A stretch of 36,933 nucleotides of DNA from a virus. Location: positions 1 through 36,933 of IMG/VR virus record IMGVR_UViG_3300035138_000142; one strand, given 5' to 3'. Positions 8,704 through 17,156 of this stretch are shown here, piece after piece. The notes beneath the pieces were generated by a model. The model worked only from the letters and a program-made list of their open reading frames with translations. It had not been told where the DNA came from and did no database searches. The position numbers and the translations under genes were made by a program. Position 1 is the stretch's first letter. Each line of letters starts with the position of its first letter.

Positions 8704-9154
8704 ATATTTCCACCTTTATATCTAAATGTGCTATTTCAAAAAATCCTTTTGTTCGCTGATATCCAGGGAACGGTGGTATGATTTCAGCATTATCAACATA
8801 AATTACATCCACCTTATTGCTTAAACCGGCACCGTAACCATCCTCCGGATTTTCATTTAATAGTTTTTGAATAATTAATGAAACAATCTGCTTCACCTCA
8901 TCATCAATAACAGAGATATCACCGCCATGGTGAACCACCTCAATAAGACCACGCAGTTCAATGAACTTGCCTTCCCCATTATCCGAATAACCGGTAAAAT
9001 GCGTTGCACACGCCGGCAACTCTGTTTTGCGGTACTTCTCAATATCACCTTTCAGTTTCACATGAAAATAATTAACCAAATCCGAAATATCCTCATCAGC
9101 AGATAACAGCGTATTAAGTTGAGATTCCACCTCATTAAACATATCATCAAGCAT
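8657..9154 (-). CDS. Hypothetical head-tail joining region protein (165 aa)
   Basis: ATG 9154 overlaps the upstream gene by 8 nt. Function is inferred from position only. Confidence 0.6.
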   Translation of the reverse strand: MLDDMFNEVESQLNTLLSADEDISDLVNYFHVKLKGDIEKYRKTELPACATHFTGYSDNGEGKFIELRGLIEVVHHGGDISVIDDEVKQIVSLIIQKLLNENPEDGYGAGLSNKVDVIYVDNAEIIPPFPGYQRTKGFFEIAHLDIKVEIYGRQKGVGAGGVVPP

Positions 9155-9656
9155 TGCCCAACCTCCTTATAGCCATATCACGTAAAACATCAATATCCTT
9201 AGGCTCCTCAAAAAACTGGTATGCTCGCATCCTGTGTTGATATCCCGCGTAATTCACCTTGGTATCCATCTCTATTTTAGATTTTGACATCCGCATAAAA
9301 GCCAGTGCAGCGCTTGAGAGCCGACCCGTATCCCTCATCAAATTAGATGAACGTGTCACTCGTTTGCCGGAATGACGTTTACGCCCTTTTACCAGGCCAT
9401 TGCCACGTACCTTGGGCACACCACCCTCAGCCGGCACAATAGTACCATCCTTGCGTGTGTACTGCCGTGCAAACCACATCCAGCCAACACCACGGAAACT
9501 GGTACCACCGCTTTTCAACCGTTCAAACATCAGTTGCACACGGCGCATCATGTACACGTGGAAATTGGTGAATACCGGCCGCATGTCCCGCAGCCTGCCC
9601 TTAGTATCTTTCAATGTCAGTTTTACCTGACTATCATCAACCTTAATCCTGATCAT
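9147..9656 (-). CDS. Putative virion morphogenesis / tail completion protein (Mu gpG-like)
   Basis: The N-terminal pattern (DSQVKLTLKDTKGRLRDMRPVFTNF..) and the position after the connector genes resemble the phage virion morphogenesis family. This is a by-eye call. Confidence 0.5.
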   Translation of the reverse strand: MIRIKVDDSQVKLTLKDTKGRLRDMRPVFTNFHVYMMRRVQLMFERLKSGGTSFRGVGWMWFARQYTRKDGTIVPAEGGVPKVRGNGLVKGRKRHSGKRVTRSSNLMRDTGRLSSAALAFMRMSKSKIEMDTKVNYAGYQHRMRAYQFFEEPKDIDVLRDMAIRRLGNA

Positions 9657-9723
9657 TTACCACTCCGCTATAAATTCAAAATTTGAAAGATCTATTAAAC
9701 ATGTCATTCCCCAGCGCATAGGT

Positions 9724-9775
9724 ACCCCCTTTATTGTAGGGGCTGGCCTTGTGCCTGCCCTTAGGGGATTGTTAT
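9724..9775 (-). repeat. Composite A/B element, intergenic
   Basis: accccctttat tgtaggggctggccttgtgcctgccc tta gggg attgtt. Confidence 0.85.
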
Positions 9776-9845
9776 TTTTCCCTTCTAAAATCGTTATTCC
9801 CTGTTCATTATTCGACATTCTTTTTTTCCTTCGCGTTTCTTCGCG

Positions 9846-10334
9846 TTAAGGACACAACGTATCCAATTCCTCATGATCAAACCTCGCTTTGGGATCCTCA
9901 TCATCCTCATAAGTTTCATCTTCATACGATTTCAAAGCAGTGCCTTTTATGTTGGATCCGGAAATCTCAACAGTTTTTTTACCGCTTTCAATGTCCTCCA
10001 AAATCTTCTCCGCCTTTTTTTCAAACAATACAGAATTCAGATCCTCATCCTCTTCCGAGCGGATCCCTTCCGCTACCTCGAGACGCAAGTATTGTAACGA
10101 CACTGCATAATAACGCGCAGCCTGTTCAATAATAGCCGGTGTAGCAGGATCACTGTCTATCTCCGGGAATTTCTGCGTACTGCTTTCATAGGAAAACGCA
10201 AAACGGGGACCTACACCGCTCTCCACCAAAGCACTGGCCGCGGCAATATCCGTGGTCGTGTTATTCGTAACCGCTTCCGGAAGATTTGACGGCAGATGCG
10301 CTAGTACTAATGATGATGTCGTATAAGTTGGCAT
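9846..10334 (-). CDS. Putative head-tail connector/adaptor protein (162 aa)
   Basis: TAATG overlap with the upstream gene. Position follows the capsid genes. Acidic C-terminus. Confidence 0.5.
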   Translation of the reverse strand: MPTYTTSSLVLAHLPSNLPEAVTNNTTTDIAAASALVESGVGPRFAFSYESSTQKFPEIDSDPATPAIIEQAARYYAVSLQYLRLEVAEGIRSEEDEDLNSVLFEKKAEKILEDIESGKKTVEISGSNIKGTALKSYEDETYEDDEDPKARFDHEELDTLCP

Positions 10335-10636
10335 TAAGCAATAACTCCCTCATTCCAGAGACGTTCCAGTTGTTTGTCATCCAGTTTCCCAAGGTTTACC
10401 CGCTTTTTACCGGCAGGAAGTCTCTCTCCCTGGTACTTCAGATCATGTACAATGTCGTATTCTTTTTTCTTTACAAAAGGACTTTGTACGGTTTGCGCCG
10501 GCTTTTTTGCTGATGCTGTTTCCAGTTGCATCACCCTTTTAGTTAATTCAGCTACTTCAGCCGCCAGTGTTGTAAAATTTTCAACCGTTACCTCAGCGTC
10601 CGCTTTTACATCCGGTTTATTTTTATCTTCCGACAT
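10334..10636 (-). CDS. Hypothetical protein (100 aa); start trimmed to the internal ATG
   Basis: ATG 10636 preceded by AATGGAGGAA. The longer track ORF (to 10726) merely reads through the repeat elements. Confidence 0.65.
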   Translation of the reverse strand: MSEDKNKPDVKADAEVTVENFTTLAAEVAELTKRVMQLETASAKKPAQTVQSPFVKKKEYDIVHDLKYQGERLPAGKKRVNLGKLDDKQLERLWNEGVIA

Positions 10637-10664
10637 TTTTTTCCTCCATTTTGCACCCCGATAA

Positions 10665-10696
10665 TTCCCCCTTAATAAAGGGGGATAGGGGTTGTT
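10665..10696 (-). repeat. A-type palindromic element (C5/G5), adjacent to a B-type copy
   Basis: ttcccccttaataaagggggataggggttgtt. Confidence 0.85.
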
Positions 10697-10698
10697 AT

Positions 10699-10724
10699 TG
10701 TAGGGGCTCGGCGTTGCCGCGCCC
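10699..10724 (-). repeat. B-type GTAG-headed GC-rich hairpin (REP-like)
   Basis: tgtaggggctcggcgttgccgcgccc: 9-bp stem with one mismatch and a GTT loop. Confidence 0.85.
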
Positions 10725-10731
10725 AATTAAT

Positions 10732-11097
10732 CTAATCCGTAGCGCTATACCCGTTACGAACAATCATATAATTATACTTATCCGTGCTGGCTGTGCATGT
10801 GTCCTCTGTAGTCACAAAAATTGTATCGCCCGCAGTGGCAATATCGTAGTAGAGTTCCCCTGTATTCGATGTCTTTCCGGTCAGAAAGACTAGACACAAA
10901 GTATCTACGTTTGAGATAACCAGTGTATCCAGCAAGCCCGTTGTGCCCCAGTCACGCTGCCCGACGAATTCCTCATCTTTACCGAATAGCCAACCCTTAA
11001 CCTTGAAATTATGTCCTTCGGTGTAAGATTTAACGGCGCCCACCGCTATGATCGCACAAAGCAGTATAAGTAATATTGTTGTTAATTTTTTACTCAT
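10732..11097 (-). CDS. Hypothetical signal-peptide or membrane-anchored protein (121 aa) inside the head module
   Basis: N-terminus reads MSKKLTTILLILLCAIIAVGAV. Confidence 0.65.
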   Translation of the reverse strand: MSKKLTTILLILLCAIIAVGAVKSYTEGHNFKVKGWLFGKDEEFVGQRDWGTTGLLDTLVISNVDTLCLVFLTGKTSNTGELYYDIATAGDTIFVTTEDTCTASTDKYNYMIVRNGYSATD

Positions 11098-11106
11098 AAT
11101 ATCCTC

Positions 11107-12051
11107 CTATGCTGCTACGTCACTGATCAGATAACCATTGGAAGTACTGATGTTTTTTACCTGGTAACTGCGTGTAACTTCATAACCAACCGTCTTTTCC
11201 CTGTCAAATGTTTCCACAACAGGATATCCCTTTTCTTCAATCACAACGGTATGCGGAGTAGTGCCTTCTACCAGTTCATCTTTCGACGGCGTATAGATCA
11301 ATGCAACCGAATCACCCCACAAGCGTGTAAAGACGCCTGCATCCGTAGAATAAATAGATCGACCTACAAAGATTTTTTCAAAATCAAGAAGATCAGCAAG
11401 AAGTTCAGGCGTTACTTTTGCTTTCATGGAATATTTTATTTTTTCAGTGATGGCCGGATGATTCTTTAATGTCCGGAATGCCTGGTATCCCATAACCAGT
11501 GTGTTCGGCTCTACGCCCATATCGGCCTGTGCCGCATCAATCCCCGTTTCAATATCTCCGATCGGGTCAGAATTGTCTACATCACTCCATTGATCGGTGC
11601 CGGTTAGTGTCGTCTTGTTTCCCGTAGCGTAGTAAGTTGCACCTAAAATTATATCTGCAATAGATTTTTCCAGTTCCCGCTCAATTAGATCCTGCACAAA
11701 TGTAACCGCCCGCTGTTCTAATTTTAGTACCTGTGCTGCGCCATATTTTTTTGCCTGTTCAATTTCTTTTTTCTTGTCAAGTTCAGTGCCGAGCGCATGT
11801 TCAGCGCAGGCGTAAGTGTCGCTGGAAATCGCAAAATCTACCTTGTTTGCATTGGTGCGTGGAGCGCGCTCCGTATTGTAAATCTTAAATCCCTCTTTGC
11901 CAAAACCAAAGATAGATCCTGTTTCAGTTAACGATTCAATGACCGGCGCTACCAGCCTGCCTATAAATCCTCTTTTGCCGCTATAACCCGTTGCAAACTG
12001 TGTTAAAATCGGGTTAGTAGAAGCAGCTATTGTTTTTGCTCTTGAAGCCAT
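11107..12051 (-). CDS. Major capsid protein (314 aa)
   Basis: Size and position after the protease/scaffold and decoration genes. GGAGGT upstream of ATG 12051. No search was run. Confidence 0.65.
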   Translation of the reverse strand: MASRAKTIAASTNPILTQFATGYSGKRGFIGRLVAPVIESLTETGSIFGFGKEGFKIYNTERAPRTNANKVDFAISSDTYACAEHALGTELDKKKEIEQAKKYGAAQVLKLEQRAVTFVQDLIERELEKSIADIILGATYYATGNKTTLTGTDQWSDVDNSDPIGDIETGIDAAQADMGVEPNTLVMGYQAFRTLKNHPAITEKIKYSMKAKVTPELLADLLDFEKIFVGRSIYSTDAGVFTRLWGDSVALIYTPSKDELVEGTTPHTVVIEEKGYPVVETFDREKTVGYEVTRSYQVKNISTSNGYLISDVAA

Positions 12052-12081
12052 AATTATTTAACCTCCATGTTATTTAATTCC

Positions 12082-12423
12082 CTATGTCAACATTACCCGC
12101 AAAAAGGTTCCATCCGTTGCAGCGTCCATAGCAACACCACAAATTTTAATCGCGTCATTGACATTGTCATAAGTCAGCGAAACCGCTTTTCCATCAGCGT
12201 CCATACTAACATAAGCGCCAGCCGCTATAGTACCGCCCGCCTCTACAACCGCAATACCAGAGCATTGCACAGTAATAGGGTCGCCGCTTGCAGTATCAAA
12301 AAGCGCAACACCTATTCCTCGGATATCTACAGTATGCGTACCATTTGCCGCGACAAAACGGTTTGCAGTAATTGCCTCAGCAGCAGTTACCGTGACCTTT
12401 GGTCCTAATTGATAAGATTTCAT
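12082..12423 (-). CDS. Head decoration-like protein (DUF2190-like, 113 aa)
   Basis: Small Gly/Ala/Val-rich beta-type sequence directly upstream of the capsid gene. Resemblance to the DUF2190 family was judged by eye. Confidence 0.55.
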   Translation of the reverse strand: MKSYQLGPKVTVTAAEAITANRFVAANGTHTVDIRGIGVALFDTASGDPITVQCSGIAVVEAGGTIAAGAYVSMDADGKAVSLTYDNVNDAIKICGVAMDAATDGTFLRVMLT

Positions 12424-12489
12424 TATTATTTCTCCTCAACTTTGTTTTTTATAAACTACAATTGAAATAACTTTCATTAATTAAGTCAC

Positions 12490-13779
12490 TCACTCTTTTT
12501 TATCTGCGAGTGCAAAGATATGTTTGGTGTACGCTTCCTGAAATTTCTCACCTTCTGTCTCTCCGGTTTCCTTAACAGCAAGTTTCACCGCCTGCTCATG
12601 AGATTTTTGTTTATCATCTGAATTACCAAAACTCTCCAGCGGATCTCCATTCTTGCCATCCTCAGATTCACCAAAAGAAACAAAAAGTTTACCTCCCTCA
12701 GCATACTCCACTATTTCCTCGATAAGCGACTGGAAAAACTCCATCTGTGATTTTTCCACCTCCTTACCCTCTTCCTGGAATTTTATGGTCTGTGTGCTGT
12801 CCACAGGGATACTTTCCATAAAAGGTACAACAAGCGAATCAACGATAGCCGGCACAACGCCCGACTTATCGCTGTATTTCTTTAATTTTTCAGCAAAGGA
12901 TGTAATGGCACTCTTGTGAGCGTTCTTTTTGGCTTTCTCCTGCTCTTCCTTATACTGCTTATTCTGAGCAATGGCCTCCTCCGGATACACCCCGTGCTCT
13001 TCCTTGAATTGTTCACGCTGTTCATCTTTAACAGCTTTCAATTCTTCCTCAGTGAATTTTTTTGACATTTTATTTTCCTCCTTGAAATTATTTGCCTCAT
13101 CACCAATTAGTTCTGTACTTTGAGTTAAAATCTCTTTTATTGCGGTTGATTTTTCATCATCCGATTTATCCGATTTCCCTAAAACGGCATAAACGAGATC
13201 AATTATTTTATATAATAGTTTTGTAGCCATGTTAACATTCTCATCCAGGTTTACGGCCGCTTCAACATTCACCTCTTGGAATTTTCCCTGTTCATCAACC
13301 GAAAATACAAACTGATCCACATCCTCATTTTGAGCAAACTCCATTGGTGGAAGTTTGTGGAAAGGTGCTGTCTTCCCTAATAATGCAAGCCCGCCGATCC
13401 GTGTATTATCATTTCGTGGAATCTCAACAGATCTATATGGATATTTCCTCTTTTTAAGACTCTGTTCAAAAAAATCAGGTTGCACTTTAATAATGTCTGT
13501 AATGAGATATTCACCCTCGAGTTTAAAATTATCCAAAAAACCTCTCGCAGCCTCATCCTCATCATTTAATACAACATCGTCACCACCATGCCTTACAAAT
13601 GCGGTAGGTAAATAGCCGGTATCATCTTTCATTTCTTGTTGTTTTGCAATAGTAGCCTGTGCCCATTCCTCATCATATTTTTTTCCACGGTGTTTACCTA
13701 AAACAAAGATCTCAACATCATGAATATTAATTGTTCCATCTTCATTTTCTGTAGTTTTATACTCTTTAAATAATTTCAT
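12490..13779 (-). CDS. Putative prohead protease / scaffolding protein
   Basis: Lies between the MuF-like and capsid genes. The C-terminal half is highly charged (E/K-rich) and scaffold-like. ATG 13779 follows AGAGGAA; the track start at 13806 is GTG. Confidence 0.5.
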   Translation of the reverse strand: MKLFKEYKTTENEDGTINIHDVEIFVLGKHRGKKYDEEWAQATIAKQQEMKDDTGYLPTAFVRHGGDDVVLNDEDEAARGFLDNFKLEGEYLITDIIKVQPDFFEQSLKKRKYPYRSVEIPRNDNTRIGGLALLGKTAPFHKLPPMEFAQNEDVDQFVFSVDEQGKFQEVNVEAAVNLDENVNMATKLLYKIIDLVYAVLGKSDKSDDEKSTAIKEILTQSTELIGDEANNFKEENKMSKKFTEEELKAVKDEQREQFKEEHGVYPEEAIAQNKQYKEEQEKAKKNAHKSAITSFAEKLKKYSDKSGVVPAIVDSLVVPFMESIPVDSTQTIKFQEEGKEVEKSQMEFFQSLIEEIVEYAEGGKLFVSFGESEDGKNGDPLESFGNSDDKQKSHEQAVKLAVKETGETEGEKFQEAYTKHIFALADKKE

Positions 13780-13812
13780 AACTAATTCCTCTATTTCATT
13801 AGGCACAAAACC

Positions 13813-13838
13813 TGTAGGGGCTGGCCTCGCGCCTGCCC
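13813..13838 (-). repeat. B-type GTAG-headed hairpin (REP-like)
   Basis: tgtaggggctggcctcgcgcctgccc. Confidence 0.85.
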
Positions 13839-13858
13839 GTTTCCAGGATATTTATTTC

Positions 13859-14146
13859 CTATAATATTGACATTATCCCTGTTATATAACCCAGCCCATT
13901 CATGACCATATCCTCAACACAACCGCGCAATGTCTGACCTTGCTTTTTGATTTGCCACCCTTCATAAATCAAGGCTATAATTAACAGCACCGCCGTATAA
14001 ACCTGCATCTGCCAGCACTCCATGGTCGTAACACCAATAAACTTGATATAATACACCGTACAGGTAACCACAATGAAGAAATGCCACGGTGCGCCCCAAT
14101 TCAGCCGCGTCCGGTACTCAAGCCATATATTAAATTCTTTCCACAT
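13859..14146 (-). CDS. Small multi-pass membrane protein (95 aa) flanked by two B-type elements
   Basis: About three hydrophobic segments. ATG 14146 preceded by GGGAG. Confidence 0.6.
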   Translation of the reverse strand: MWKEFNIWLEYRTRLNWGAPWHFFIVVTCTVYYIKFIGVTTMECWQMQVYTAVLLIIALIYEGWQIKKQGQTLRGCVEDMVMNGLGYITGIMSIL

Positions 14147-14157
14147 ATTTTTTCTCC

Positions 14158-14183
14158 CGTAGGGGCTCGGCGTTGCTGTGCCC
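14158..14183 (-). repeat. B-type GTAG-headed hairpin (REP-like)
   Basis: cgtaggggctcggcgttgctgtgccc. It starts 1 nt after the stop codon at 14185-14187. Confidence 0.85.
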
Positions 14184-14184
14184 T

Positions 14185-14961
14185 TTAATGAACAAACTCA
14201 AAATCCTTCCCTGTTAAACTCGGCCTCCAGCCGCTATCCTGTGCACCCTCATCCTTATGCACAGCCGATTTACTACAGCGGCAACCATGAGCCAGCGGGT
14301 AACGCATCCGGTTCCAGATAGGATCATTAACCGGAGCAGTAAAACCATTCAATTTTCCATGATCCTTCCGTTGCCTGCCATCCATAATCGTATGATGCTG
14401 CAAGAACGGAAACTCATTCGTATCCATTTCTCCGAATATCTTATCCTTACCCGCGTTCATAGCCTCCTGGGTGGCATTCCGGAAAACCGTATCCAGGTAA
14501 TAATCATTTGCCACAGTGATACCCTGTTTATCAAATAATAATTGTATATCTTTTTTCCAGTCATCCAGACTTATACCCTTTTCAATAGCGCTATCCAGTG
14601 ATTCCTTGACCTGTTTTATAATTGTTTCCTTTTCAGTAACCGCCAGGCTAAACGCCTGTTTCCTCATATCAGCAACCAGAGCCTTGAATTCATCCGATGT
14701 CACCACCTCTTTAGCCAGAAAAAAAGCCACCGCCTCATCATAAGCCGACGGGATACCCTCAGAAAAGACTTCTTTCCCCCCTGTAAAGGGGGGATTAAGA
14801 GGGGTGTTTTCTGCAAAATATTCCGCTCTTTTTCTGTTCAGGCTCTTTTGCGTCAAATACCTTCCTGTAAGATTGGCCAGCACCATAGCCTCCGCCAACG
14901 TCCTCGTTGGGGCGTGGTTTCCGCGCCCTCTGGCCAAATAATATTTCTTCATAACCTTCAT
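14185..14961 (-). CDS. Minor head protein, Mu F / SPP1 gp7-like, with an A-type element translated in frame
   Basis: C-terminal HHTIMDGRQRKDH...PLAHGCRCS motif. ATGA coupling to the portal stop. ENTPLNPPFTGGKE is inserted before the conserved domain. Confidence 0.8.
   Translation of the reverse strand: MKVMKKYYLARGRGNHAPTRTLAEAMVLANLTGRYLTQKSLNRKRAEYFAENTPLNPPFTGGKEVFSEGIPSAYDEAVAFFLAKEVVTSDEFKALVADMRKQAFSLAVTEKETIIKQVKESLDSAIEKGISLDDWKKDIQLLFDKQGITVANDYYLDTVFRNATQEAMNAGKDKIFGEMDTNEFPFLQHHTIMDGRQRKDHGKLNGFTAPVNDPIWNRMRYPLAHGCRCSKSAVHKDEGAQDSGWRPSLTGKDFEFVH
14774..14810 (-). repeat. A-type palindromic element inside the MuF-like CDS
   Basis: ttcccccctgtaaaggggggattaagaggggtgtt. Confidence 0.9.
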
Positions 14962-16409
14962 GATGCCGCGTTTAGACTTTTTTTTTTGATTATTGGTATT
15001 AATTTTTTAACCATATTTTCTCTATGATCAGCGACCACCTTAACCGACCGCTCCACAATAGCGTCCATTTCTTTTATTTCCTGCTGAATTTCAGGCGGGA
15101 ATTCCGCAAATTGTTCGCTGAACATTTCTTCATACGATCGATTAGACTTATTGTCAACACCTGTTTGCGTTGCAGGTTGATTTGTTTGTGCTACACGTTT
15201 TAAAACAGCCTCACCCTCTTTAGGCGCCGGAATGCCTGATTTTTCCCTCACCCAGGATTGTGGTATTTCCATTCCACCATCCATTAGAATACCAACCGCC
15301 TGAGCAAGCGATATTAAACCGGGGATATCAATCCCCAGCCATTCAAATTCCGGGTAAATATCCGTTACATAATTAATATCAATGAGTCTGCGTATTAACT
15401 GCTCGTTAATTGCCTCCGCAGTTACTAAAGCGTCAAAAACAATATAATCCTCAAGCACGCCCACATGTCCCTGCCCAAGCGCGTAAGAACCCTGCCCGCG
15501 TTTGCCTTCCTCTGAAATCAGCGTAGCGCCTAATATCAGTTTGCTTATTTCCTTGTTACAGCGCTCGATAAAATTATCATAAGTCACATCTCCCCGGCGC
15601 ATCGCCTCAAGAAAACTGACCTTAAATCCTTCGGGGATGCGAATTCCTGCTTCTGTCTGTATATCCTGGATTATATCATCCATTTTTGTGAGTTCTTCGG
15701 GTGTTGCCTTGCGCGGCACTTCACCCACTACCAGGGGCATTCCAAACCGTTCGTTAAAGATCGCCCAGAATTTTGCGCCGTTCTTTTTTAGCCATACCCA
15801 AAAAGCGCACTTAGCTGAAAGGCTGTCTCCATAAGGATTTTCATCATCAGGACCGTTAATAATATGTATGAATTTATCTGAAGGTAGTTCAACGCCGGTG
15901 ATATCCGGGTCTATTTGATTAATCGTATAATGACCGTATTGATCAAACTTGAACGAAAAATTTTTAGCCTTTTTAAAACGCAATGATTTTAAACCGACCT
16001 TGCCCTTCCATTTGCCGCGCCTGATCAGTTTGTAATTGATTTCTGTTAAGGAAAACCCCTGCCCTATAGCATTAAGCATCGCTTCTATATCTTTCAGAAA
16101 ACTTCCGGTCATATCCTTCAATTGATCCTGCACAAATTCAGCCATAAGCCTGCTTGCCGCTGTGGGCTTCCCGTTCTTTTCCCCCGGCCGGATGCGGTAT
16201 CCCTTTTTAATCAGTTTATTGCGTCGCGTACCCAGTTGTGAAGCAAGATGCGTATCCCTTTCAATATCATAGATGTAAGACATGCCTTTTGTGGCAATGA
16301 GATTATCCGGATTCTCATTTGATAATCCATACTTAAGAAGAATATTGCGCTCTGCTTTTGACAGTTCGGAATATTTCAATTTTGGTTTATTTTTCTGTGT
16401 CTCAGGCAT
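14958..16409 (-). CDS. Portal protein (Mu gp29 / DUF935-like, 483 aa)
   Basis: Size and position between the terminase and the MuF-like gene. AGGTG upstream of ATG 16409. Confidence 0.75.
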   Translation of the reverse strand: MPETQKNKPKLKYSELSKAERNILLKYGLSNENPDNLIATKGMSYIYDIERDTHLASQLGTRRNKLIKKGYRIRPGEKNGKPTAASRLMAEFVQDQLKDMTGSFLKDIEAMLNAIGQGFSLTEINYKLIRRGKWKGKVGLKSLRFKKAKNFSFKFDQYGHYTINQIDPDITGVELPSDKFIHIINGPDDENPYGDSLSAKCAFWVWLKKNGAKFWAIFNERFGMPLVVGEVPRKATPEELTKMDDIIQDIQTEAGIRIPEGFKVSFLEAMRRGDVTYDNFIERCNKEISKLILGATLISEEGKRGQGSYALGQGHVGVLEDYIVFDALVTAEAINEQLIRRLIDINYVTDIYPEFEWLGIDIPGLISLAQAVGILMDGGMEIPQSWVREKSGIPAPKEGEAVLKRVAQTNQPATQTGVDNKSNRSYEEMFSEQFAEFPPEIQQEIKEMDAIVERSVKVVADHRENMVKKLIPIIKKKSLNAAS

Positions 16410-16416
16410 TTAGCAC

Positions 16417-16833
16417 CTATAAAAAAGGATCAACATATTTTGCAATTCCCGGACGAGTAAACATCGGACGTATTTTTATATACGCGTTCTGGTTTATAGC
16501 GTCGTTCAGGCTGTTTGTTTTGCTCCCGCCGCCCGATGCGCCAATAGCCAGTTCCTCGTTCAGGCAATATTCCACATGAATGATTTTGTTATTGTTTTGC
16601 CAGAATACCAGGCATCCCTCTACGGGATTATCCACCTGCATAAACTTGTTTGATAACTGCTCCGCCGTCCAGTCGCCTGTGCGCGGCAGAATACCAACGC
16701 TTTTTAGCAACTCAATCACAAATCCGGAGCAATCAAACCCGCGCAGAAAATCATCGCCTCCCCACTGATAAGGGACGCCAACCGAAGCCCAGGCAATACG
16801 AGTAGCTATTTTGCGTTTCTCTTCATTCAGCAT
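16417..16833 (-). CDS. NlpC/P60-family cell-wall peptidase (endolysin)
   Basis: GVPYQWGGDD...GFDCSGFV catalytic-Cys motif and a downstream IHVEY His. Confidence 0.8.
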   Translation of the reverse strand: MLNEEKRKIATRIAWASVGVPYQWGGDDFLRGFDCSGFVIELLKSVGILPRTGDWTAEQLSNKFMQVDNPVEGCLVFWQNNNKIIHVEYCLNEELAIGASGGGSKTNSLNDAINQNAYIKIRPMFTRPGIAKYVDPFL

Positions 16834-17100
16834 CTATTTTTCTTCCACCTTGTTAAAGAATGAATCCGCCAGGTATCCCACGCCAAACGCCGATAAATAA
16901 TTCAGTTCCCCCATCTGCAGAGCCACAAAAAAACCGCCCGATGCGCCGATCAGGGATAAAAGCGTATATTTAAAATGGGACGAAAAATAATTCGCTATGT
17001 GGCTTAAGGTCTGGCCTCGCACCTTTTTTTTAAGAAAATGAGACAGCACACCAAGCGCGGATAACCCAATACAGATATAAATATTGAACTCACTTTCCAT
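16834..17100 (-). CDS. Putative holin (88 aa, multi-TM)
   Basis: Several hydrophobic segments. Immediately precedes the endolysin. AGAGGAG upstream. Confidence 0.65.
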   Translation of the reverse strand: MESEFNIYICIGLSALGVLSHFLKKKVRGQTLSHIANYFSSHFKYTLLSLIGASGGFFVALQMGELNYLSAFGVGYLADSFFNKVEEK

Positions 17101-17118
17101 AACAAAACTCCTCTATTT

Positions 17119-17156
17119 TCCCCATTCCCCTTAATAAAGGGGGTTAGGGGGTTGTT
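17119..17156 (-). repeat. A-type palindromic element; its 5' flank overlaps the TerL stop codon
   Basis: tccccattccccttaataaagggggttagggggttgtt(ca). Confidence 0.85.

Noticed and set aside
10637-10726. N-terminal extensions of track ORFs: 10334..10726, 27464..27856, 34134..34571, 34546..35601, 12490..13806 and 18720..19649
   Set aside because: The extensions start at weak or non-ATG codons or read through repeat elements. Internal ATGs with good SD sites give more plausible starts.
503-17156. A-type and B-type repeats as a CRISPR array
   Set aside because: Spacing between copies is irregular, from tens of bp to several kb. The copies lie between or inside protein genes, the repeats are imperfect, and no cas genes are present.
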